Shown: positions 24,698-36,600, counted from the first letter of the stretch. The stretch is 64,000 nucleotides of DNA from Neoechinorhynchus agilis (GCA_051530055.1 CM121342.1:10865480-10929479), one strand, 5' to 3'. The notes: generated by a model from the sequence alone, not told the origin. A program made the numbers and translations.

Positions 24698-25877
24698 GCG
24701 CTGCACGGTCCGCCAAATCACGAGTCTGATCTAGCGTTCCGGGGCAATAAATGACAGCGCGACCAAATCGATAGAATGATACTTTTCCTGGGGGCGCATG
24801 ATGTAATAATGTTAAAATCCTTCCTTGACTATCCATCTTGGAATTCGTGGTTTTATTGGCCAGTTCACGAATGTTGAGCTCTTCGAAGATATTCAACATT
24901 GCGATGGTGTTATATATCGTTATTTGGAATTGAGGATATTCTTGAGGGACTGCTGGTAAAAATAGCCGTGAATTGTCTTCAATTTGAACTTCGGATTCAT
25001 TTATGGGCTTCAGAAATAAACATCTTCGCCTCCTCCTTTCTTCATTAACTAATTGAATTTGTCGCAGAATCGCGCTTGTAACTGTAACATTTCGAATATT
25101 CACCTGCTCTCTGTAAACTCTATGTCCACATTTTGGATTCTGCATTGTTTCAACCCAGTGTCTTCTTCTGGGAATCCTTGCATCAATATCGTGATATGTA
25201 TGCATAGATAATTCGCCACTTAAAGAAAAATTGTTCGACCATGGGGTTCTGTTCGGGATTGATTGCGCGTTCGTTAATGAATAATCAGTTATCAAATCGA
25301 GCGAACCACTTTGTATGTTTTCAATCGGATTGAGACGTGTTGTTGGAAGTTCGCTTTGTCCTGGTAAAGCACAGAATTGCGGCATGCGCCTTAAATGATA
25401 ATTTGAACTATATTCATATGATTGTTCTTGAGTTAAATTTATTGGATGTATGTTTTGAAGATAAGGCAATTGAGGTGTTGATTGTTGAGAAATTAAATAA
25501 TGATGTTGTCTCAAATGTGGATTAAGGCTAAATCCACTAGGTCGATTAACTGGCCGTTGAGATCGGAGTAGAGAATGACGACATAGATTTTGATCAAGCG
25601 CATGTGGATATCAAGACGAATCCAAGAATGGATGAGTTATATGATGTAAATTTTGTTGTGACTGTGATAGTCTATAATGAGGCCAGTTTGAGCCATTTGA
25701 ACGTTGATAAGTATTGTACTGATGGAATAAATCAGTTTGTGAATGTCGAAACTGCGATGAGTGTTCGCCCGTTTGTATAATCTCTTTTTGACTCCGATCT
25801 AAACCACGTGGATCGACCGGATTGGACACAATGGGAAAATCATATAGAAGTCGCTGATTAAGATTCACTTGTGTCAT
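24693..25877 (-). CDS. Divergent TBP-family (TRF2/TBPL1-like) protein with a Q/S/P/H-rich N terminus, truncated after one TBP repeat
   Basis: The last 78 aa (FQITIYN...LNIRELA...N...P...FGRAV...DQTRDLADRAAR, 24929-24696) fit TBP repeat 1 without gaps by eye. One in-frame TGA (25613-25611) would be removed by a candidate 81-nt GT-AG intron at 25617-25537. Confidence 0.7.
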
Positions 25878-26385
25878 TTCGTTGTTGTATGTTGTCCGAG
25901 ATTTGTGCGCTATATGTTGGTCGTGTATTTCGGTCGCTCATTCCAATCACCATAGTGCAATTTCTGGGTTTTTTAGCAGTAGAAAGTTGGAATAAAAGGA
26001 GATTGTATTATGCGAGTATAAACAACGAAAATAACATGAAGCCGTTGCAGGTCCCGGATTGGCCCATTTGCTTAAATATATTTTCACACCTGGGCATGTG
26101 ATTTGCCGGAGTGTCATAAAATCTATTGTAACTTTTTAAGTTAAAGCGAACAATGGATCCGCGAATTAATTGGAGCCGGACACTATTCGAATACGAGAAT
26201 TTTTTCTGGATCTGTCTCAGTTGTTTGTTCTTACGAAAGTGTCGATTTCGAGGACGGAACTTGGTGCTGTCGGCGTATCCAAAAGGGCACGCTCGCTTCT
26301 TGCGCGGGGATAACTGGTATGGACAAGGGGAATCCAACTGTTTAATTAAAACAAAGCATTGCGATGGCTGTAATCGGTGTTGACG

Positions 26386-26416
<31 letters not shown>

Positions 26417-26451
26417 TAAAGTGAAGAAATTAATTTAAGCGCGGGTGAACG

Positions 26452-28230
26452 GTGGAAGTAACTATGACTTTCCCTAAAGCTATTAACAACTTGATTGAAC
26501 TTTCGAAGTCCATAGCTATTTCCCCTCCACCGGGGACACGTGCTTCCTCCGCTTCAGATTCGCCTCAACAAAATGACAACACAGTTCAACAGCTTGATAA
26601 AGTTCAACAGCTAACAAGCAATGACGCTCATCCAATGAACAACAGCCAACATCATCAAACCCGTGTTAACGATTCAATGTCGTTGATTAGTAACGCAAAT
26701 GCAGCAGGAAACAACCCAGCGAAAAGCAAAAGTCCTGAACAAGTCCGCCGTGAATGCAGAATGGTCTACGGAATTTCTCAAGAACTTGGACTCAGGTGCC
26801 CCGAGTGCGATCTAGTGACGGTTGGAAAGTCAAGGGTCAAACTATTTGTTGAACATCAATCCGCCGTTCACCTACACGATTCTATTATATGTACCTGCCT
26901 AGTCTGTGACGACTATCAATGCAATGAATCGAGGTCAATAGGCAATCACCTCAATAAGTGCCAACAGCGATTCCCGCACAAAACAAGCTCATAACAGTGT
27001 ACTCGGCGGAAACGCTGCAGTGAAGCAAAACTCGGCAATAATGCAATACACTGATCCTGGAAGCCTAGTTTTCTGCATCATCTGTCGCCTCAAAATTTAT
27101 GGCCTTGGACAATTCAATTTTGTTATGGAGCATCTTAAAGACGCCCATCAATTTGAGAATATTGAATTTGATTGCGACAATTGCTGCAATCATCGCCCTT
27201 CCTCCTTCATATTAGCACGAGGACACTTCAATCATTGTATTAGGAATTACGTAGCAGGAGTTAATATATCAAAAAATCTCTGACAATCTGGTCAACCTCA
27301 GAAGCACATGTAGTACAGGATCTAGAGCAAAGCGATCCGTCTCTAAAGCGAGTGTCAGGCCTCTTTTATGGAGCTATATTTTGCCAACGTTCGCCCAACA
27401 AGATACGCCGCAAAGATGGAGATTTAAAGGATTTAGCTGAGAAGGACGCGCAGCTGACGAGAAAACACTGAAGAACGAGTAATTATATCTCCTAACCTAC
27501 CACATGGACCTATGTACAATGACGCTCAGTACAATGGCAATGCATCAACCTCCGAAATTGCCACAGTCAGGCCTGCCTCAACTTCTATGCCTACCCCAAC
27601 ATCGATGCCTATCTCAGCTTCGATATCTACCTCAGGAACTTGTAAATTGAGTGGGCGCGTAAACCTGTAACAGGTACCTACACCCCATATTGGGGCGTGC
27701 GCGTTTGCAGCACAGGAGGGACACGAAATTCTTCTGAATTGCCTTCAACGACAGGATATTAATCCACGCTATCGTCCTTTTCTGAACAATGAGTCGGAAG
27801 AGCTACGCAACCATACTGGTCCAATGAATCAGGAATTTATCGAATCAATGAGTGCGCGATATCTTTCGTACTTGAAATGCGGGCGACAAGGTTCTCCCGA
27901 ATGCCCGGCGATGTCCCGCGCGCGCAGTCTTGGTCTCAAAATTATAAAGCTGAAGAAAAATTCAACAATGGCACTGGCAACCGCCGTCTTTCACGTTCAC
28001 AAGAACCCTACACAATGGAGGAGAGTAAAAGACCGCATCTTGGACTCTGTTTCACTTCAGCGCCAATACTTTGAGCATGTTGTTAAAAGGCTTCCTGGCG
28101 CAAATCTCACATTAAATGGCATACTGGATGCTCTCAAAAAGGACAACGAACATTCAGTTCACTTCATCCTGTGGGCCGCAGCGACTGCCTATTAATGCGA
28201 CTTTGTAGCTTATACTCCAAGCGATGATGT
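26452..28230 (+). mobile_element. Decayed 5' part of a probable RLE-type retroelement: two C2H2+CCHC zinc-finger pairs and an OTU-like segment
   Basis: CPEC..H...H/CLVC..H...C and CIIC..H...H/CDNC..H...C; then LGLKIIKLKKNSTMALATAV...WRRVKDRIL...ILWAAATAY. Confidence 0.5.
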
Positions 28231-29680
28231 TCCAGTTCGAATCCGATAGACATTATTAATACTAATCATAAATGCACATTCATTGATGCAGGATTATCAC
28301 CCGATATGGACGCTTTAAAAGAAATTCAAATGTAAGATTATATTCTTCCTGAAATCTAAAAAAGGGGGAAATTCAATACCACGAGCTGCCGTCAAGTCGA
28401 CCATCGAACAAACAGATATATTGACGAGTCGTACATGTATTTTCAAGGTATGGAAATCAATTTCGTTATGAACGAGATTCCCTGTCAAGACGATTTTCAA
28501 TATTCTCGGGCCCCACGAAGGCAAGTTATTTGTCCTTTCTGCTCATCGAACCACAGTAGTGATAGCTGCGAATCTCTTTTGGACGTCAAACTAGCGGAAT
28601 TCTCTTCAAACTTCATGAAGATGTTGGACCTGCTGAGAATCAGTACAGCCATACAACACTTGGAAGAACGTCTCTCGAAGCATTTCGACTCTCCTCTGAT
28701 GTCTGCAATCAATTGTAGTCTTAATCACCGCTCCATAATCTCCATTTACGAGCGATTCGAGAGCACAATTGTATCGATCATTGTAGCCACGGGTTTCTTT
28801 CCCCGAAAATCGGTACTAACTGCTTTACGTGAAATCATTCACAATTTTACAACAAACGCCGAGTTGATGAATATTTTAATCACTTTTAAATATCTCGAAA
28901 GCTTTTGATAATGTCGACTTAGACTTTATAGTTAATATTTTAAGATTTTTTAATTTTCCTTACAACATCATCGTTAGCGTCGGTCGAAACATTTTTATTT
29001 TCAAGATGATCCTTCACATAAGATCTTTTATCAAGTGAAACGGGGTGCCACAAGGCTATCTCCCATCATTTTTGCCTAGCCACCCAATTCATCGTTATGC
29101 AGACGATCTTAAGGTAGTAATTAAGAAATCCAATTACTTAGCTGCCATCTCGAGCCTATTCGCTCTTTTTGACTTTCTCCGACAATCTCTCGCTAAAATT
29201 GGTATCTCACTAAGGACCCACTTTATTATCAAATCCAAGTCCGTTCTGGGTAGACGTTAAATCCGAGAATTTTTCGTAAACCTTCTACATAAAGATACTC
29301 CTCCTTATTACCAAAAAATCAACATCCTGGTTATACTTTTACCAAAAGTCTCACAATCAAAGACGACTTAAACAACTGCTCAAACTCGCCCGGCTTCGCG
29401 TCAGACGCGCTAACAACCTCGGATTAGACCACAAGACAATTAAAACAATCTGAAATTCCTGGGCTATTTCCGGCCTCGTCCTATACTCCGGAGGCCTAGC
29501 GCCTGACAAACGGCTCTATCAAAACTGACCTATTCTTGGGCTGGGACCACCACCTAGACCGACAAGAATTCCTCAAAATGGCTTGATCTTTGAAAGATCG
29601 ATCTTTATCTACAGCTATTGTTTCCGTCAAGTGCATGTTCTTTTCCCGAATAAATCTGTGTTATTAAATTAAAAAAAACA
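28230..29680 (+). mobile_element. Internally deleted member of the LINE copy 1/2 family (ORF1 end joined to RT, no APE)
   Basis: FIDAGLSPD...KCKIIFFLKSKKGG parallels FMANGLQPN...VKIKFFLNSRRSG; SIISIYER, KAFDNVD, PQG, YADD; A-rich tail near 29670. Confidence 0.8.
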
Positions 29681-30142
29681 GTTTGATGGCTAGTCAAGAG
29701 AAGAGCAAATAAAAAAACTATTAGACAAACCTTTTTCGCGAAATAATTCATAACAATAAAGTAATCTTTAACTTAAAATTTTGATCGCCACCCTTCACTA
29801 TTCTTTTAAGTGTTTTGAAAACCCCTTACACACCTCTGGGACAGGAATCTCGATGGGTTGTGTTAGACCGCTGCCTCTCGGTTGGTGTTTCAAGCGGAAG
29901 AGTATCTGCGAGTGGGCGCCCGGCAGCCCTATGCGACCTGCTGGCCAAGTGTAGCAGTCGCTCAGTTATAAATGACGTGAGCAAACTCCTTAGCGAGTAG
30001 CTTTCATCCATCATCTTCGATCGAGGACTGAACTAGACGGCCGACTGAACACGTAATCCACTCCAACATTTCACAGATCGGAACTCAGTCGGCTAACCAG
30101 GCATAAAATAAAATATTCTTTAATGTCGACAAGAATTGTCCA

Positions 30143-30901
30143 TCAATAATACAGAACAGCAAATGCGAGTGCAATGCACGTTAATGCCATATAAGGACTT
30201 TTTCGTTCACCTAAACGAACTGTCGCTTTTATCATTTTCAACGATTTGTCTCAGCTTTCCACCAACACAGCAAGGTACTCCACATCGCTCAGGTTGTTTG
30301 AGCCCACGTTGGAAACTATTAAAATGCTGGAAAGGGCTACGGATAGTGAACACAATTGCATGAGCCTGTGATAAGAGATCTTCGTCACCGGAATGGGCAC
30401 TGGCTTTAGCGGAAACGACGTCGTTCACAACTCGTGCCCGATCCAATAAGCTCATGTTCTCAACGAAACTACTCGTAACAACCACTGACAAATGAGTTTC
30501 AGAACCGACCGGAGATCGATGTTTGTAGCTTTCATTGAACACTTCTACATCGATTGCACGAATAAGGGGAGACGTTCGCAGACGTTCGGCGATTTTTCTT
30601 CCAAGTGGTCCAATAAGGCGTGCTGCGCTGGTGGACATCTGAAACAAACAGTTTACCTATTCTAGCAAATTTCCATAATGTAGTAATGAACCTTAACGAA
30701 GCGATGAAACAATGAGGAACACAACGTGGCAAATGAACGTACGCTGATCCTTTATTGGTCAAAACACTTGGGAATATTGCCTTTATGTAAGTACAAGTGC
30801 ATACTAAAAGACTCATGACAATCATAAGACTTTGGAAATTGAACAATGCCGACTGTAGAAGAAGAACGTCTCAACAGAAAGAAGACAAGAATGCTCACCA
30901 T
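30143..30901 (-). CDS. TMEM167: Protein kish (TMEM167); exons 30901-30899, 30852-30743, 30691-30657, 30210-30143; 71 aa
   Basis: Spliced product MSALFNFQSLMIVMSLLVCTCTYIKAIFPSVLTNKGSAFITTLWKFARIGERKSPYMALTCIALAFAVLYY; all three introns are GT-AG; 216 nt in total. Confidence 0.92.
30207..30638 (-). CDS. bolA: BolA-family protein (BolA1-like), intronless, inside kish intron 3 on the same strand
   Basis: GPLGRKIAERL, VEVFNESYKH, GSETHLSVVVTS, SLLDRARVVNDV, HAI, PCCVGG; 143 aa. Confidence 0.88.
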   Translation of the reverse strand: MSTSAARLIGPLGRKIAERLRTSPLIRAIDVEVFNESYKHRSPVGSETHLSVVVTSSFVENMSLLDRARVVNDVVSAKASAHSGDEDLLSQAHAIVFTIRSPFQHFNSFQRGLKQPERCGVPCCVGGKLRQIVENDKSDSSFR

Positions 30902-31666
30902 TGGAATCTGAAAATCGGAACAGTTAGTAACGAATTGTAAAGATGTCATTCATAGGTTGTTTCTGATGAAGGCGACATAAAGAAAAATGATTTAGTTTTA
31001 TTTAGGACTTCTTCAGAATCGTTTGCAGGAGGAAATAAAATTAAATCGTTTTCTTTATTCCATCTGAACAAAAATAGTAACGAAGAACAAGGACGAGTGC
31101 CCCAATGAATAGAACGAATACACGAATATTCAATTTAGTGACACTGAAGAAAGTGGAACGTTAATGAACCGACAACTTTTTTCGAGTCAAAAACAACAAT
31201 ACATTTACATTGGCCATCTTGTGAAATACTCTACTTGATTTTTCCAGTAACAAAACTTGATCATTAATACAAATAAGTCGACAATCAATCACCTCAAAAG
31301 TTTTTCCGAAAGAAAAAAATTATGGCATTTTAATTAAGGCTAAAGCAATTTCGTCGATCAATAGGAAACTGAGCAATAGGACGCGCTGCCACACAGAATC
31401 TTTTACGCAGATCAACAACATTTAACGATACTGAATATTTACGAATAGCTTAGCGATCGAGTTTAAAGTATAATCCACGACGAAATACAAACTTACCCAT
31501 GTAAACACAAACTGAATAGAAAACAACCACCAAACCTAACAGCACAATAACGTAGAAAGTTAGTTTTTGTTAGGGATACGCTGAGAGCTGCTTTTCGTAG
31601 TACACCCGCAACATCAAGCCGCACTGAAGGCGTCATTTCGGGACCTTCAGACCGCAAAACTCTAGA

Positions 31667-34600
31667 ATGTCAACGCATCCATCAGAGCCGGATTTGGAGA
31701 AGTTAAAAGCGGACGTGAGTTCACTTCGAGAGGAGGTGAGTGCTTTTGCGAAGGGACATGCTGATTACGTGGATAAATTGAACGTCGTCGAGGGACTCAA
31801 GAAGCGTTATCAGATGCAATGGAACAAACTGAAAGCTCGATTGGACCAAGTGGAACACAATTACAACGACGAAGTAACGAAACGAACACGATCACATGCA
31901 AAAACATCGCCAAAATTAATTAAAATCAGTGGATGACCAGGGGGCGGGGTTAGGTCAATGTTAATTCTTTCGTATCTAGAACGTCATAACGCGACCTATC
32001 TTTTTGTTTGGGTTATCCGCCGAAATGTCACGGACGATCTTGAATTGAGGCATATAAAAAGCATTTTAGACAGAGATGGCAATTACTTGGTTCGTATTCG
32101 CGATACACTTCCTCGACCACCGGAAATTTATCTCAAAATAGTCCTTGGGCAAGTGCCTCTGTGCATTTTGGACAACATGGAAAAGTGGAAGTACAAACAG
32201 GACTACGAATGGTTCAAATTGGTCGTCAGTCTCATCATTTTTGTTTGCTCATTCGTGTTGCTTTTCGTTCCATCGCGAGCGTTAGCCGATTCTTTATTCC
32301 AACTTCTATTAGTTTGGTACTATTGCACACTCACAATCCGTGAGAGCATCCTTGTAACAAACGGATCAAGGATTAAGCTCTGGTGGCGTGTTCATCATTT
32401 TTTGGCTACTGTTCAAAGTTCCATATTCCTCATTTGGCCGTCGTCAAACAGCTACGAACACGTTCGATCACCAATGTTCATGTACTGTGCTTACATCACG
32501 TTTGTTCAAACTCTTCAGTTTTATTACCAAAAGGGTCTTTTGTATAGACTCAGAGCTCTTGGAGAAACTAAACCCATGGATATAAGTTTAAAGTGAAGCT
32601 TTTGTGGAACGGACTCAAATTACCTGGCGAATTCTAAAATGAAACGGGATTTATACACCCACACAATTAAATGGAAATATTGAATTTTTTCTATGTTGTT
32701 CTTTAGGGAAAAATGCAAGCTTTTTACGAAAAATTTGCAGTGTAGAAAAAATTGAGAGGCGAATTCTAAAATGAAATCGGGTTTTATACACCCACACATT
32801 TAAATGGAAATACTGAATTTTTTCTATGTTGTTCTTTGGAGAAAAAGCTTTTTACGAAAAATTTGCAGTGTAGAAAAAATTGATTAGCGAATTCATAAAT
32901 GAAACGGGATTTATACACCCACACAATTAAATGGAAATACTGAATTTTTTCTATGTTGTTCTTTAGAGAAAAATGAAAGTTTTTTACGAAAAATTTTCAG
33001 TGTAGAAAAAATTGAGAGGCGAATTCTAAAATGAAACGGGATTTATACACCCACGCATTTAAATGGAAATACTGAATTTTTTCTATGTTGTTCTTTAGAG
33101 GAAAAGCCTTTTACGAAAAATTTGCAGTGTAGAAAAAAATTGAGAGGCGAATTCTAAAATGAAATCGGGTTTTATACACCCACACATTTAAATGGAAATA
33201 CTGAATTTTTTCTATGTTGTTCTTTGGAGAAAAAGCTTTTTACGAAAAATTTGCAGTGTAGAAAAAATTGATTAGCGAATTCATAAATGAAACGGGATTT
33301 ATACACCCACACAATTAAATGGAAATACTGAATTTTTTCTATGTTGTTCTTTAGAGAAAAATGAAAGTTTTTTACGAAAAATTTTCAGTGTAGAAAAAAT
33401 TGAGAGGCGAATTCTAAAATGAAACGGGTTTTATACACCCACACATTGAAATGGAAATATTGAATTTTTCTATGTTATTCTTTGGAGAAAAAGCTTTTTA
33501 CGAAAAATTTGCAGTGTAGAAAAAATTGAGAGGCGAATTCTAAAATGAAACGGGATTTATACACCCACGCATTTAAATGGAAATACTGAATTTTTTCTAC
33601 GTTGTTCTTTAGAGAAAAAGCCTTTTACGAAAAATTTGCAGTGTAGAAAAAATTGAGAGGCGAATTCTAAAATGAAACGGGGTTTATACACGCACACATT
33701 TAAATGGAAATATTGAATTTTTCTATGTTGTTCTTTGGAGAAAAAGCTTTTTACGAAAAATTTGCAGTGTAGAAAAAATTGAGAGGCGAATTCTAAAATG
33801 AAACGGGATTTATACACCCACGCATTTAAATGGAAATACTGAATTTTTTCTATGTTGTTCTTTAGAGGAAAAGCCTTTTACGAAAAATTTGCAGTGTAGA
33901 AAAATTGAGAGGCGAATTCTAAAATGAAATCGGGTTTTATACACCCACACATTTAAATGGAAATACTGAATTTTTTCTATGTTGTTCTTTGGAGAAAAAG
34001 CTTTTTACGAAAAATTTGCAGTGTAGAAAAAATTGAAGCGAATTCTAAATGAAACGGGATTTATCCCGCATTAAATGGAAATACTGAATTTTTTCATGTT
34101 GTTCTTTAGAGAAAAAGCCTTTTACGAAAAATTTGCAGTGTAGAAAAAAATTGAGAGGCGAATTCTAAAATGAAATCGGGTTTTATACACCCACACATTG
34201 AAATGGAAATATTGAATTTTTCTATGTTATTCTTTGGAGAAAAAGCTTTTTACGAAAAATTTGCAGTGTAGAAAAAATTGAGAGGCGAATTCTAAAATGA
34301 AACGGGATTTATACACCCACGCATTTAAATGGAAATACTGAATTTTTTCTACGTTGTTCTTTAGAGAAAAAGCCTTTTACGAAAAATTTGCAGTGTAGAA
34401 AAAATTGAGAGGCGAATTCTAAAATGAAACGGGGTTTATACAGGCACACATTTAAATGGAAATATTGAATTTTTCTATGTTGTTCTTTGGAGAAAAAGCT
34501 TTTTACGAAAAATTTGCAGTGTAGAAAAAATTGAGAGGCGAATTCTAAAATGAAACGGGATTTATACACCCACGCATTTAAATGGAAATACTGAATTTTT

Positions 34601-35907
34601 TCTATGTTGTTCTTTAGAGGAAAAGCCTTTTACGAAAAATTTGCAGTGTAGAAAAAATTGAGAGGCGAATTCTAAAATGAAATCGAGTTTTATACACCCA
34701 CACATTTAAATGGAAATATTGAATTTTTTCTATGTGGTTCTTTATAGAAAAATGAAAGCTTTTACGAAAAATTTGCCGTGTAGAAAAAATTGAGAGGCGA
34801 ATTCTAAATGAAACGGGGTTTATACACGCACACACATTTAAATGGAAATACTGAATTTTTTCTATGTTGTTCTTTGGAGAAAAAGCTTTTTACGAAAAAT
34901 TTGCAATGTAGAAAAAATTGAGAGGCGAATTCTAAAATGAAACGGGATTTATACACCCATACAATTAAATGGAAATACTGAATTTTTTCTATGTTGTTCT
35001 TTAGAGAAAAATGAAAGCTTTTTACGAAAAATTTGCAGTGTAGAAGAAATTGAGAGGCGAATTCTAAAATGAAACGGGATTTATACACGCACACACATTT
35101 AAATGGATATACAAACCATTGCCCACCAAAATATTTGGATCGTGGTCTCTTTTCTCGAGAAAAGATTGTGAATTATTATGGGTAAATCCTTTTTTGGTAC
35201 AATGAGATTAATTGTACAGTGTCATCTTGAAATTTCATGTTGTTTCTCAGGAAATTTCTTGAATATGCACGATAAGGTTAAATAGTAAATGTACATTATG
35301 TGAATTTCTAATAGAAATAAACATAAGCGTTTGTATCGATTTCCCCTTTTTGTTGGATTTCTCAAAATTATTGACGGTTTTATTAAGCACATAGGAAATG
35401 ATTTATTCGCCGACCCCTGGCAATAGTTTTGCTAATAAAGTGCAAAGGAGAAATATGAAAAGTGCGCAATAAACTCACTTTAAAGGAGAAACTTTCTGAA
35501 CTAAGCGCCAACCACAAATGCTTCCGATAGAAGGTCTACATACCTGGATGCTACGAGGTCTTGGATTTCTTGTGCCATTTCTGTTTATCGGTTATGCCCT
35601 TCAGCTTTACTTTGCATTTTGGTTGGTTCAACTGTACCTGAGGCCGATTTCCGATTGCTGTCACGAGTGGCACATTCTCGCCTCTGCCATCTTGATGAGT
35701 GTATTCTTCGTTGGAAATGCATTGACGGCGTGCGTCGTGCTGGTGACAAAGTTCAGACAGCAGACTGCTGAATATTCGTGGATGGTTAGTAAATACGAAG
35801 GATTCGTATCAACGATTAGATCATTTGCTGAACAAATGGAGACTGATTTTGTGAGCAATAACCGATTCACCGGTTTAATCGGTCAGAGAAATGAATTCGG
35901 CTCGTGA
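31667..35907 (+). CDS. TMEM120: TMEM120/TMPIT protein, multi-exon
   Basis: N-terminal coiled coil; YLKIVLG, KWKYKQDYEWFKL, VWYYCTLTIRESILVTNGSRIKLWWRVHHFL, FYYQKGLLYRLRALGE; last exon GLHTWMLRGLGFLVPFLF follows the satellite. Confidence 0.93.
32624..35110. repeat. AT-rich satellite, unit about 125-132 bp, about 19 copies, in a TMEM120 intron
   Basis: gcgaattc anchors at about 32629, 32761, 32889, 33021, 33149, 33278, 33409 and onward; blocks repeated at offsets of about 389 and 752 bp. Confidence 0.97.
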
Positions 35908-35976
35908 GTGTGACACTTTAATGCTTTAAAAAATCCCATCTCAAAATGAATTAGGAAAAGAGACTGGAGATTTGTT

Positions 35977-36600
35977 TTACATGATAAAAATCAGTTTTAA
36001 ATAATTCATTATTATAATTCTCCAATTTTTTGCTATACCTACTAATCTTTTGAAATGCCACTTGATTTCCCAACCGCGTGTTTGATAAAGTTTTGTAATT
36101 TCGAAAATAGATACTAAGGCTATTGTAATGACAAAAAGAAAATCTTTATTTTCGAGATCTTTCGCCGTCTTATAGCTTAAACTCAGGAATCTACAGAGGC
36201 ACATGGAGATGCGAAGTATATTAAAGAAGCGGTATTGAAGTGTGGAAAGTTCGTGTTTCGCTTGTTGAGCAGTTTTGGGACTTTGTTTAGCTGGTGTCCA
36301 GAACTCTTCCTCATATTGTCTGCGGAAACGCCATTCAAAGATTTGATGCTGTTCCAGCAAAGCAGAGCTCCATGACAATAACGATGAGCCTTAAGGAAGG
36401 TGGATATGAATACTAATAACTCCTAAGATAAACCTGATTCTTCTTCGAATTAATGTCCATTCTATTGAGGGACGATGTGGAACTATCCATGGCCGAAGCA
36501 CTACTTATGTCGCGGGCCGTTGGATGGGGATGGCGTTTCCGTAGACAATACGAGGAAGAATCCTGGACATAAGCTAGACAAACCAACAGAACTATGTCGC
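35977..36600 (-). CDS. Possible small host gene of unknown function
   Basis: 133-aa ORF with a hydrophobic segment and a plausible upstream GT-AG intron; no motif recognized. Confidence 0.25.

Noticed and set aside
26008-26440. ORFs upstream of the TBP-fold gene
   Set aside because: No recognizable motif on either strand.
29815-30014. Short overlapping ORFs in a GC-richer patch
   Set aside because: No motif support; possibly an unassignable TE fragment.
31736-31753. 18-nt micro-intron gtgagt...gaag in TMEM120 exon 1
   Set aside because: The encoded VSAFAK is needed to keep the coiled-coil register with TMEM120 homologs as I recall them.
32624-35110. CRISPR-like array or coding repeat ORFs (MYKSRFILEF...)
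   Set aside because: Whole units repeat with no unique spacers, unit lengths break the frame, and the context is a eukaryotic intron.
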